64,000 bases of DNA, taken from Phycisphaerales bacterium. GTDB lineage: Bacteria > Planctomycetota > Phycisphaerae > UBA1845 > Fen-1342. Made by a program: the position numbers and the translations under genes. The notes below the pieces were generated by a model that was given only the letters and a program-made list of their open reading frames with translations, searched no databases and was not told the origin of the DNA. Where the stretch lies: positions 8,922-72,921 of the forward strand of contig JAGQOO010000001.1 in the NCBI GenBank assembly GCA_020427345.1, read 5' to 3'. Positions 34,546 through 43,601 of this stretch are shown here, in pieces (positions within the stretch are counted from its first letter, which is position 1; every line of letters starts with the position of its first letter).

Positions 34546-35507
34546 GGCGCCGCCTCCTCGCCCGTCAGGCCGAGTTGCTCGATCACCTGCTGACTGACGC
34601 GCTGCATGCGATTGCGGAAAAAGCGATCAGCCGCGGGGATACGCACGACAATGCTGTAGCGATCAGAATGCTCTTGCGCGTCGCCGAGCGCATATTCCGG
34701 CTGATCGATCGGATACTCGTCGAGATCGCGGTCCTCGAGGTCGTCAGTCGTCAACGGGTTGTAGCCGAGGGTCACCTGCACCAGCTGCGGCAGGGTATTG
34801 CCCGTATTGGTCTGATCGACAGCCGAGTTCCAGTCCGTCGTCCACTCGACTCCGTCGAAATAGCGGAACTCAAGGTACTTGAACTCGTTGCTCCACAGAT
34901 CCACGCGGATCTGTAAAGGGTCGTCGTCGTTGATAATCGTCTGGCCGAGCGTCTTCTTCTCCGTGCGAATAATTCCCCCGACCAGCGGCTCGCCATTTTC
35001 ATCGCGGTCATCGGGATCAACCCACACTTCGTAGTGGACAAGTCGAACATCATGCTGGGCTTGCGGCGGCTCGTCGGATTCGCGCAGGAAGGTGTACTGA
35101 TGGTCGGCAGGCAGCGCAGTCGTCAGAAACGTAATCGTGCGGCGCGTGCCGATCATGCGCACGTCGCCGGTGCCGCCCTGACTGTTCGGGTCCTCTGCCG
35201 CGGCGGATTCCTCGTCGGTCGTGGCGAGCACAGCCGGGAAGTGCAGAGCGTCCATGCCGACGCACCCGATCAGTTCGGTTTCAAAGTTGGCGAGGACCTG
35301 GCGCGCCAGGGCGGTCTTGTCGGCTTGCTCGCTGAGCTGCTGTCGGACATCGATCGCCTGCCAGAAGAACGTCAGCAGGACAGTCAACATCAGCACCATC
35401 AGCGTAATGGCGATGAGCGCTTCGAGCAGGGTGACCGCTCGGCGTTGATAGCGACAGGCCGCGGCGCGCATGGGCCGACATTGTCCGCGGCGCGGCCCCT
35501 TCATCAC
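34542..35507 (-). CDS. Minor pseudopilin (GspJ-position)
   Basis: Prepilin-type N-terminus QRRAVTLLEALIAITLMVLMLTV with Glu at +5. ATGA overlaps on both sides. Confidence 0.65.
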   Translation of the reverse strand: MMKGPRRGQCRPMRAAACRYQRRAVTLLEALIAITLMVLMLTVLLTFFWQAIDVRQQLSEQADKTALARQVLANFETELIGCVGMDALHFPAVLATTDEESAAAEDPNSQGGTGDVRMIGTRRTITFLTTALPADHQYTFLRESDEPPQAQHDVRLVHYEVWVDPDDRDENGEPLVGGIIRTEKKTLGQTIINDDDPLQIRVDLWSNEFKYLEFRYFDGVEWTTDWNSAVDQTNTGNTLPQLVQVTLGYNPLTTDDLEDRDLDEYPIDQPEYALGDAQEHSDRYSIVVRIPAADRFFRNRMQRVSQQVIEQLGLTGEEAAP

Positions 35508-36562
35508 TCGCCCCCGGAAACCCCGGCCTTGCCGCCGCCGTTGCGCGCTCGACCGCCGCCGGGCGAGCGATCACCGCGACGGGTGATGTCTGTCCCGTCG
35601 CGCGGCGGCGCGCCACCGTTCTGGTTCATCATGCTGATGAGTTCCTGAATCGTAGCGTCGTCGAACTTGCCGCTGCCGCGCAGGAGTTCGATGGCGGCAG
35701 ACTGCTCCGCCGTAAGCGGAGGGCCGTTGTTGTTCCCGCCACCGGCGCCAGCGCCGTTCTGGCCACCGCGCCCCCCCGTTTGCCCCCCGCCGCCAAAGGC
35801 GCCACCCAAATCACCGAGGGCGCCGGGGTCGAAGCCATCAAGCGGATTGCCGTCTGCGCCCCCCGCTCCACCCGCCCCACCGGCCATGACGCCGGAGCCG
35901 AGCGTCTGGAACAACTGAAGCAGCGCCGGATTGGCGGCGACCATGGCGATGAGTTCCGCCGGATCGCGCGGAAGGGCCTGCACGAATTCCTGTGGGTCGA
36001 ACGACGCGGGATCAAGCCCGAATTGTTCGGTCAGGCCGGCGAAGAACTCCAATTCGGATTCCGTTGCGCCGAAATCCTCCGCCATGTCGATGCGGCCCTC
36101 CTCCTCGGCCGCCTGCAGCATGTGCAGCTCGCGCACAACCGCGGCTCCATCGATCGAATCGAGTTTGTCGCGGTCGGTTTGCCGCAGCACTTCAATCGAC
36201 ACCACGCGCAGGCCGTTATCGATGTTCTCCGGATCGACCGGGGCCTCGGTGCGACGCCAGAAGAACCCGCGATTGGCATCGCCGAAGCGGCCCGACCAGA
36301 CCTTGGCGTCGCCATCGGTCGTAATCTCGGGTTCAACTTCGAGGAAGAAGTTCGCGCGATCCACGTCCAAGCGCGCCATCAGCCGATCGGCGATCTGCGA
36401 CGCGCGGGATTGCTCCTCGGTCGCTTCGATCATGCGCACACCGCTGATGAGCTGCGCGCCGAGCAGGCCCAGCGCTGTGACCATGATCGTCAGGGCGACG
36501 ATCACCTCCAGCAGCAGAACGGCGCGGCGATTCAACGCGATTGAGTTATCTGCGCGGCGCAT
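35504..36562 (-). CDS. Minor pseudopilin (GspI-position) with long Gly-rich C-terminal extension
   Basis: Start tentatively at the ATG at 36562 (MRRADNSIALNRRAVLLLEVIVALTIMV), but earlier in-frame ATGs exist. C-terminal region GGAGGAGGADGN...GGGGQTGGRGGQNGAGAGGGNNNG. Confidence 0.6.
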   Translation of the reverse strand: MRRADNSIALNRRAVLLLEVIVALTIMVTALGLLGAQLISGVRMIEATEEQSRASQIADRLMARLDVDRANFFLEVEPEITTDGDAKVWSGRFGDANRGFFWRRTEAPVDPENIDNGLRVVSIEVLRQTDRDKLDSIDGAAVVRELHMLQAAEEEGRIDMAEDFGATESELEFFAGLTEQFGLDPASFDPQEFVQALPRDPAELIAMVAANPALLQLFQTLGSGVMAGGAGGAGGADGNPLDGFDPGALGDLGGAFGGGGQTGGRGGQNGAGAGGGNNNGPPLTAEQSAAIELLRGSGKFDDATIQELISMMNQNGGAPPRDGTDITRRGDRSPGGGRARNGGGKAGVSGGE

Positions 36563-37241
36563 CGAGGGGCTCCACTTCGTTCGGCTCCACATCCAGCGGC
36601 GACGGACGGTCAAACTCGTCCGGGTCAAGCTTGTCGGCGTCCTCAAACGTCACACGGCCAAGTCGGCCATCTAGCGTCATCCGGATGCCGCGGCCTTCCT
36701 GATCACGCAGCACCCACCGCGCCGAGTTGCTTCGGCCATCCGGCTGAAACTGAATGATGTGCTTGAGGTCAAGCTCATCAATCGGCGTCGGCTCCGGCTC
36801 CAGATCGTCGAACGGGATAATGTCATCCTCGATCTGCACCGGCGGCGGACCATCCGGCAGCGGCGATATCTCCGCCACCCAAACCCCGTCCAGCAGCACA
36901 GAGCCGCGGGCCCAGTCCGTGTTGATCGGCACAAAACGATCCGGCGCGAGCACGGGGTCCTGCTGCACGGACACGCGTATGACGCCGTCACGCCGAAAGA
37001 TCAGCCGATGAGCGCGTGTGTCGGTCATGCTCCGCGCGCGGAGCATGGCGATCATCGACTTGACCTTCGAAACGCTCAGCGGCAAGCGCTCGCCCTGTGC
37101 CGTGCCGAAAAACACGGGCCAGGAGAACGCCGCCATGACGCCGATCAGCACGATCACGAGCAGCAGTTCAACGAGCGTAAACGCTCGACGCCTGCGGGCG
37201 CGCGGGAAGCACTGGCGAGTCGGCGGCGACATCATTCGCAA
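36546..37241 (-). CDS. gspH: GspH-like minor pseudopilin
   Basis: RRRAFTLVELLLVIVLIGVMAAF is a prepilin-type N-terminal methylation-domain helix. 231 aa. Positioned directly after gspG. Confidence 0.7.
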   Translation of the reverse strand: MRMMSPPTRQCFPRARRRRAFTLVELLLVIVLIGVMAAFSWPVFFGTAQGERLPLSVSKVKSMIAMLRARSMTDTRAHRLIFRRDGVIRVSVQQDPVLAPDRFVPINTDWARGSVLLDGVWVAEISPLPDGPPPVQIEDDIIPFDDLEPEPTPIDELDLKHIIQFQPDGRSNSARWVLRDQEGRGIRMTLDGRLGRVTFEDADKLDPDEFDRPSPLDVEPNEVEPLDAPRR

Positions 37242-37258
37242 CTCAGGAGGAGCGTGAG

Positions 37259-37708
37259 TTACGCATCCTTCCAGTTATTGATGTCGTCGTCGGTTCCCGC
37301 CTGACCATCCGGACCGGGGCTGGACAGGTCAAAACTGTCCTCGTTGTACTGCCCCGGGCATTCGTACTCGTAATCGTGCCCCCATGCGTCCTTCAGGTCG
37401 GCGGCGTTCTTGATGTACGGGCCACGCCACTTCGCCTGGGCTTCCTCATCGTCCGGCTGCTCGACCAGCGCCATCAGGCCGTTTTCCGAGGACAGCGGAT
37501 AGTGCGTCATGTGCATGCGGTACAGGTCCAGCGCCCCGTTGAACCCGGTCTTCACAGCCGCCTTGGTCAAGTCCTGGCGCGCGCCCTTGTCCGCGCCGAA
37601 GAACTGCGGCACGACGATGGCGGCGAGAATGCCGATGATCACGATCACCATCAGCACTTCGAGCAGCGTGAACGCGCGACGTACGATTCGATTCCGCTTC
37701 TGATTCAT
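37259..37708 (-). CDS. gspG: Major pseudopilin GspG
   Basis: Start at the ATG at 37708 (MNQKRNRIVRRAFTLLEVLMVIVIIGILAAIVVPQF). C-terminal GspG hallmarks KWRGPYIK, KDAWGHDYEY and GPDGQAGTDDDINNW (Ca site). Confidence 0.9.
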   Translation of the reverse strand: MNQKRNRIVRRAFTLLEVLMVIVIIGILAAIVVPQFFGADKGARQDLTKAAVKTGFNGALDLYRMHMTHYPLSSENGLMALVEQPDDEEAQAKWRGPYIKNAADLKDAWGHDYEYECPGQYNEDSFDLSSPGPDGQAGTDDDINNWKDA

Positions 37709-37754
37709 TGTTGAGTGTCTCCAAAACGGTTGTTTCAGCAGGCCGTTCATATCC

Positions 37755-38960
37755 CTATTTGAACCCACTGGTCGACATCTTCAAGATCGGCACCAGCAGG
37801 GCGATCGCGATAAACAACACCATAAACCCGAGCATCATCAGCATCAGCGGCTCAAGCAAACGCACAAACAGATCGATCTGCCGCGCCGTGCGCTGCTCCT
37901 GCGTATTCGCGATTTCCAGCAACACCTTTTCAAGCGTGTTACTTTCTTCCGCCACCGCCAACATATCTACCATCGCCGGCGGAAAGAGGTTGCTCTCACC
38001 CAGCGGATGTGTCAGCGACTCGCCCTGGCGAACGCTCTCGGCGGCCTCCTCAATCGTGTCGGCCAGCAACTGGTTGCCGGCCGATTCCTTCGCGACCTTC
38101 AGCGATTGCAGGATCGGAATGCCGTTCGCCAGCAGCGTGCCAAAGATACGGCAAAACCGGCACAGCGCCACCATCGTAAAAATCCGGCCCACGCCCGGCG
38201 TCTTCAACTGCAGGAACGACCACGTTTGTCGCCCGGGCTCGCTTTGAAAGAAAATCGTCAGGCCGACCACGGTGATAAATACGATCCCGATCAACGTCAG
38301 ATACTGCGTCGCGAGAAAGTCGCTGACGCCGAATACGACGATCGTCGGAAGGGAGAGCTGCTGGCTCTCAATCAGCGGTCGCACTTTCGGAACGACATAT
38401 GACATGATAAACGTCACCGCCCCGACACCGACCGTCATCAGCACGAGCGGATAGATCATCGAGCCGAGGAATTTATTTCGAAGCTCATCCTGCCGCGCAA
38501 CGAACTCCGACAATCGCGTCAGGACGTCTTCCATGAAGCCGCCCTTCTCGCCCGCGCGCACCATGGCCACGTGCAACCGCGGAAACGCGTTCGGGTGTTT
38601 TTCCATCGCGTCCGCCAGCGTGTCGCCGCCGGCCACATCATCATGGACTTCAATGAGCACCCGCGCCAAAGACGCGTTCGAACTCTGCCGCGCCAACACA
38701 TTCAACCCGCGCAGCAGCGGAACACCCGCGCGCAGCAGGTCCGCCAACTGTTCGTAGGTCACGCCGATGGCGGACTTGTTAACGCGCCGCGCCTTGCCCG
38801 TCAGCACCGAGGCGCCCGTCGCTTCGACCTCGCGGAGCTCGATCGGGGCGAGCGTCCGCTCGTCCAGAATGCGCGTAGCGGCCATTTCCGTGTCCGCCAC
38901 AAGCGTGCCGGTTACGGCTTGTCCGTCCGAACTTCTGGCTTTGAACGCGAACGTCGGCAT
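37755..38960 (-). CDS. gspF: GspF/PilC inner-membrane platform protein
   Basis: Start at the ATG at 38960 (gaggag RBS). Duplicated T2SSF-type domains with 3 TM helices. Ends in typical ...ALLVPILKM. Confidence 0.9.
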   Translation of the reverse strand: MPTFAFKARSSDGQAVTGTLVADTEMAATRILDERTLAPIELREVEATGASVLTGKARRVNKSAIGVTYEQLADLLRAGVPLLRGLNVLARQSSNASLARVLIEVHDDVAGGDTLADAMEKHPNAFPRLHVAMVRAGEKGGFMEDVLTRLSEFVARQDELRNKFLGSMIYPLVLMTVGVGAVTFIMSYVVPKVRPLIESQQLSLPTIVVFGVSDFLATQYLTLIGIVFITVVGLTIFFQSEPGRQTWSFLQLKTPGVGRIFTMVALCRFCRIFGTLLANGIPILQSLKVAKESAGNQLLADTIEEAAESVRQGESLTHPLGESNLFPPAMVDMLAVAEESNTLEKVLLEIANTQEQRTARQIDLFVRLLEPLMLMMLGFMVLFIAIALLVPILKMSTSGFK

Positions 38961-39239
38961 ACGACGCGCAGACTCCTCTCGTCGCGCCGACCACCCGACG
39001 CGAACCCTTATACCCTGTGCCGGCCGGCCGGATGCGAAGCGCAACCCCATACGCAGCGGCGGGTTTATGAGACGCCCGCCGGGCATTCCGGCCAGTGGCC
39101 TTTCAGCCACAACCTTGTGATTTTACGCGGTTTGGGTACATTGTGACAGCAACCAGCCGGACCGCTTCGCCCGCCCAGCGCGGCCGTGTTTCCCAGGGGG
39201 GCCGTACGAAGGGTCCGAAACCTCCGAACGGAGTCTGAC

Positions 39240-40733
39240 ATGGCGAACCCGGATCGCCCCGCCGGTAGCGAATCCTTCGCGGATTTGACTCTCGCAGAAC
39301 CGATGATCGCGGCCCTCGCCGCCCAAGGCATCGACGAGCCCACCGACTTCCAACGTCAGGTGATGCCGCTGATGTTCGAGCGCAGGGACATCCTGGCCCA
39401 GACGACCACCGGCGCCGGCAAGTCCGCCGCCTACCTGCTGCCCCTCTTGCAGTCCCTGCAAGCCGACGCGGGAATGCAGGCCGTCATCATCGCCCCGACA
39501 CCGTCACTCGCCCGTCAATTGCATCGCAAGGCCGGCCGTTTCCGTGACGCCTGCGCCGTGCGCGCGTGGATCGCCACCGGAAGCCGCGATGACGACGAGG
39601 CCGAGGACAACCGCCCCGCGCAGGTGCTCATCGCGACCGAACGCGGCGTGCGCGACCTGCGCGCCGAAGGTCGGTTTGACGCCAGCGCATTGAAGTCGAT
39701 CATCATCGACGAGGCCGATGTTGTGCTCGATTCCACGCGCGGCGATATTCACGCGATGCTCGGCGGCCTCGAAGCCGAATATCAGCTCGTCGTCATTGCC
39801 GGTCTGATCGACGACAACGTCAGCGACCTGTCCGAGGAGTTTCAGCGCGATCCAGTGCGGATCGAAATCGCGGCGGACAACACGCCGTACAAAGCCGCTT
39901 CGCAGCGGGCCTTTGATGTGCATGATGACGATGATCGCCTCGATGTGCTCGTCGGATGGTTGCAGCACGAGAAGCCGCCCCTCGCGGTCGTCTTCACCAA
40001 CAACAAGCAGCACGAGCGCACGGTCGTAGAGGCGCTGCGCCGGGCCCGCATCGGCGTGCGCGGCATCGACGAGCCGCATCGTCGGCGTGGTCGTTCGGGC
40101 GGCGGCGATCGGCGTGGCCCGCGGACGGCGGATGTCGTCGTTTGCGCCGATCCGACGCCAATTCGGGTCTCCACCATGCCGGTTTCGCACGTCGTGCATT
40201 TTGAGCTACCCGACAATCCCGCCGAGTATCGTGCGCGACTCGACCGCTGCCTGCGCCTCAAGCGCGACGGGTTCAGTGTCGCACTGCTGACACCCGAAGA
40301 CGCCGACCGGCGCGCCAAGATCGAAGCCGAACGCGGCGCCGCGCTAGAGACGCGCGAAACGCCCGAGCCGAGCGGCGAGTGGCGCGCAAACGACCTGCCA
40401 CCCGATCCCAACGATCGCCGCCAGGGCCGCGGCGGCCCGGGACGGCGCGACAACCGCGGCGGCGGCGGACGCGGTGGTCCCGGACGCGGTGGACCTGGCG
40501 GAAGAGGTGGAGGCGGTCGCGGTGGCGACGGTCGCCGCAGAGACGGCAACCGCGGAGGCGGCGGCGGACGCGATCAGGGCTCATCCAACCAGGGTGGCCA
40601 GCCCGGCGTGCAGGAAGCCAAACCGGCAACGCCGCCCCCGGTCCGTCGCGATGAAGAACTCGACTCGCGCGGCGTCCCGCCGGCCAAGCGAACGCTCGGC
40701 AGTCGCTTTGCGCCGAAGCGGAAGCGCCGCTAG
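39240..40733 (+). CDS. Divergent DEAD-box helicase-like protein with RGG-rich tail
   Basis: Q motif (PTDFQ), motif I AQTTTGAGKS, Ia APTPSLARQ and DEAD box IIDEAD. Motifs III, V and VI are degenerate (ARLDRCLR instead of HRxGRxGR). C-terminal GGRGG repeats. Confidence 0.75.
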   Translation: MANPDRPAGSESFADLTLAEPMIAALAAQGIDEPTDFQRQVMPLMFERRDILAQTTTGAGKSAAYLLPLLQSLQADAGMQAVIIAPTPSLARQLHRKAGRFRDACAVRAWIATGSRDDDEAEDNRPAQVLIATERGVRDLRAEGRFDASALKSIIIDEADVVLDSTRGDIHAMLGGLEAEYQLVVIAGLIDDNVSDLSEEFQRDPVRIEIAADNTPYKAASQRAFDVHDDDDRLDVLVGWLQHEKPPLAVVFTNNKQHERTVVEALRRARIGVRGIDEPHRRRGRSGGGDRRGPRTADVVVCADPTPIRVSTMPVSHVVHFELPDNPAEYRARLDRCLRLKRDGFSVALLTPEDADRRAKIEAERGAALETRETPEPSGEWRANDLPPDPNDRRQGRGGPGRRDNRGGGGRGGPGRGGPGGRGGGGRGGDGRRRDGNRGGGGGRDQGSSNQGGQPGVQEAKPATPPPVRRDEELDSRGVPPAKRTLGSRFAPKRKRR

Positions 40734-40787
40734 GCGCACGAGCGCCGCGACGGCAAGCGCTACCGACGGCATGCGCAACGGCCGTGT

Positions 40788-40809
40788 GCCACTGCTCTTG
40801 AGCAGTGGC
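40788..40809 (+). terminator. Hairpin downstream of the helicase-like gene (possible terminator)
   Basis: gccactgctc / gagcagtggc inverted repeat 55 nt after the stop at 40733. No clear U-tract. Confidence 0.35.
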
Positions 40810-40917
40810 GCCTTTGGCGCAATCCGCCAACCCAGGCCAGCCGCTCCACGGCCAGATGGCCGTGGCACACGCTAAACTTGTCCCTGTTCCAGGCCCACTC
40901 CGCAACAGGAGCCGAGC

Positions 40918-43212
40918 ATGACGCTCTGTCCCCACTGGCGCGTCCGGTTGTTCCGCATTGCCGCGCTCGCGCTCGCCGCTACTCAACCCGCGATCGCCGA
41001 TGAGCCCGTTACGCTCAACTCCCCAACCGGCGAACTCGCGTTTCGCTACACCGACCTTGCAGGAAACGCACAAACCGCCTCCTTCGGCCCGCTGTTCGTG
41101 GACGACGAGCCTCTCATGCAATACGCGCTTAACGCTTCTCTCACCTGGCGATCCGGCCCGGCCCGCTTCGCGATCGAACCAGTCAGCGATCGCGCCGTGG
41201 CAACTCACTGGACGCTCGACGCGCCGCGCCGGTTGCGCCTCAAAATCCACGGCACGCATGCCAGCTTCGGCGGCGGCGAGCGGTTTACGATGCTCAACCT
41301 GCAGGGCCACATCCTCGACATGGTCAGCACCGACCACCCCGAAGCCAAAGGCGGCGCGTCATACAAACCCGTGCCGTTCTACATGAGCAGCGCCGGATAC
41401 GGCGTGTGGATCGACTCATTCTCGCCCGGCCGCATCGAATTCAACGCGAGTGATCGCTTCGCGGTCACGCTCGAATACAACACGAACGACCTGCGCATCG
41501 TCCTGATACGGGGCCCGACATTCGCGGCGATTCTCGACGAATTCACGCGACTCAGCGGCCGCCCGCGCGTACCGCCCGATTGGGCCTTTGGCGTCTGGAA
41601 AAGCCGCGACGTGCACCGCAACGCCGCCGATGTGCTCGAAGACATCGAGTCGCTCCGCAAACACGACATCCCGGCGTCCGTGCTCGTGATCGATAGTCCG
41701 TGGGAAACCGGCTACAACGATTTCGAACTCAACCGCGAGCAGTTCAATGACCCTGACGCGCTGTTTGCGCGCGTCCGCCGCCTCGGCTTCTATCCATGCT
41801 TCTGGCTGACCCCGTTTATCAACAACGACAATCGCCAGGACATGACGGGTATCGTCTCCGGCGCGACATCCACGTTCGCCGAAGCCGCGCAGCGCGGGTA
41901 CTTCGTGAAAGACGCCGACGGCAACCCCGTCATTACCGAATGGTGGAAAGGCCGCGGCGCGCTGATCGACTTCACCAACCCAGACGCGACCAATTGGTGG
42001 CAGACGCAGGTCGCCAAAATCCGCCAATGGGGCGGACACGCCATCAAATGCGACGACGGCGAAGGCAACTTCATCAAGTCCGCGCGCTTCGCCGACGGAT
42101 CATCCGCCGACGAGATGCGCAACCGCTACAGCATGCTCTATCTCGCCGCCACGCGCGCGTTTCTCGATGAATCCCTCGACGGCGACGGCGTCATCATCGG
42201 CCGCAGCGGCTTCACCGGCATGCACCAATACGCGATGGGCTGGGCCGGCGACAACGCGTCGGACTGGACGTTTGAAAACGGCTTGCCGACGGCGATCATC
42301 GCCGCGCAGACCGCCTCGCTCTCGGGTCAGCCGTTCTGCGGCAGCGACATCGCCGGCTATTTCGGCAAGCCGCCGAAAGAGCTGTTCATCCGCTGGACGC
42401 AGTTCAGCTGCTTCGCGCCGCTGATGATGGTGCACATGACATCGAATCTCGGGCCGTGGGATTTCGACGAGCAGACGCTCGCGATTTTCCGCGATTACGC
42501 GAAGCTGCACACGCGCCTGTTCCCGTACATGCGCGACGCGGCGCGATTCGCGGCGGAAACCGGCATGTCGCTGATCCGCCCGATGCCGCTCGCGTTTCAG
42601 GACGAATCCGACGCATGGCCGCACACGTTCCAGTTCATGTTCGGCCGCGACCTGCTCGTCGCGCCGCTCTATCAACCCGGCACGCAGCGGAGCGTGTATC
42701 TGCCAAAAGGCGATTGGATCGACTATTGGACGCTTGAGCCGCTGACCGGGCCGCAAACGCTGCAAGTCGAAGCGCCGCTTGAGCGCATGCCGCTATATGT
42801 CCGCGCCGGCGCCATCATCCCGCTATTGCCGGAAGATGTGGACACATTGATCCCACGCCACGACGACATGGCCCGCGACGTGGTCGCGATCGACGATCGG
42901 CGGGTGTTGCAAGTCTGGCCGGGGGATGAAGCCCAGCAAGCCGAGGTGGGAGACGACTCGCAGACGCCTTCGACCGAAACCCGCGACGGCGTGAGCGCCC
43001 GCCTGCGCCGGAATGGCGACCAGTTCACGCTCGAAATCACATGCGACCCGCCCCGCCGCCTGGCAATCGAAATCGCCCAGCGCTCCGTCAGCGGAATCTC
43101 CGCGAGCGGCGGTATGCGGTTTGATCTGGGAAGCGGGGAAACGCCGGAACGGACGGTGATTGCGTTCAAGAATGAAGTGAAATCGACGATTGTGCGGTGG
43201 CGGGGAGACTAG
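40918..43212 (+). CDS. Glycoside hydrolase family 31 (alpha-glucosidase/alpha-xylosidase-like), secreted
   Basis: Signal peptide (LFRIAALALAATQPAIA). GH31 signatures GGHAIKCDDGEG (nucleophile region) and MGWAGDNASDW. Confidence 0.8.
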   Translation: MTLCPHWRVRLFRIAALALAATQPAIADEPVTLNSPTGELAFRYTDLAGNAQTASFGPLFVDDEPLMQYALNASLTWRSGPARFAIEPVSDRAVATHWTLDAPRRLRLKIHGTHASFGGGERFTMLNLQGHILDMVSTDHPEAKGGASYKPVPFYMSSAGYGVWIDSFSPGRIEFNASDRFAVTLEYNTNDLRIVLIRGPTFAAILDEFTRLSGRPRVPPDWAFGVWKSRDVHRNAADVLEDIESLRKHDIPASVLVIDSPWETGYNDFELNREQFNDPDALFARVRRLGFYPCFWLTPFINNDNRQDMTGIVSGATSTFAEAAQRGYFVKDADGNPVITEWWKGRGALIDFTNPDATNWWQTQVAKIRQWGGHAIKCDDGEGNFIKSARFADGSSADEMRNRYSMLYLAATRAFLDESLDGDGVIIGRSGFTGMHQYAMGWAGDNASDWTFENGLPTAIIAAQTASLSGQPFCGSDIAGYFGKPPKELFIRWTQFSCFAPLMMVHMTSNLGPWDFDEQTLAIFRDYAKLHTRLFPYMRDAARFAAETGMSLIRPMPLAFQDESDAWPHTFQFMFGRDLLVAPLYQPGTQRSVYLPKGDWIDYWTLEPLTGPQTLQVEAPLERMPLYVRAGAIIPLLPEDVDTLIPRHDDMARDVVAIDDRRVLQVWPGDEAQQAEVGDDSQTPSTETRDGVSARLRRNGDQFTLEITCDPPRRLAIEIAQRSVSGISASGGMRFDLGSGETPERTVIAFKNEVKSTIVRWRGD

Positions 43213-43426
43213 GCGCCTTGAACGATCATCGCGAACTACCGGAGTACAAGCTGGTAACTGAGGACCGCCGACAGGCAGCGGATCCGGCCGTTCATCAACC
43301 CAGTAGTTTTGCGCCGCCGCGCCAGAGCGGCGTGAATTCCGACTTACGGCGCGATGGTAGGGGCGACAGTGAGTACCCGCGCGATGCGCGAAATCGAGAC
43401 GGCGGCGGCGGCGTGGTATCGGTGTA

Positions 43427-43455
43427 GACGCGCGCTTGAGCGCGGCGCGTTTTTG
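43427..43455 (+). terminator. Possible Rho-independent terminator
   Basis: GC-rich imperfect hairpin gacgcgcgc-ttga-gcgcggcgcg followed by ttttt. Lies about 215 nt after the GH31 stop. Confidence 0.4.
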
Positions 43456-43557
43456 TAGAGGCGCGACGCCGAGATGGCCGCGACATACGGACGTTGCTAT
43501 CGAGCGCCGCGCTCGGCCCAAGGGAGCCCAGCGCGCCGTCGACGACCGCCCTTCGCG

Positions 43558-43580
43558 TCATCCCCGCCAAGCGGGGAACC
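43558..43580. repeat. REP-like palindromic element, single copy (inverted relative to the array)
   Basis: gtcaTCCCCGCcaaGCGGGGAac: 7-bp stem and 3-nt loop. Its reverse complement, TCCCCGC-ttg-GCGGGGATGAC, matches the 55469 copy. Confidence 0.7.
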
Positions 43581-43601
43581 ACAGAGTGAAGCATGGGCCC
43601 C

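Noticed and set aside
40273-41337. 354-aa minus-strand ORF, and 39504..40549 minus-strand ORFs
   Set aside because: They overlap the DEAD-box-like and GH31 genes antisense, and are driven by the GGN/CGN-rich RGG-tail coding sequence.
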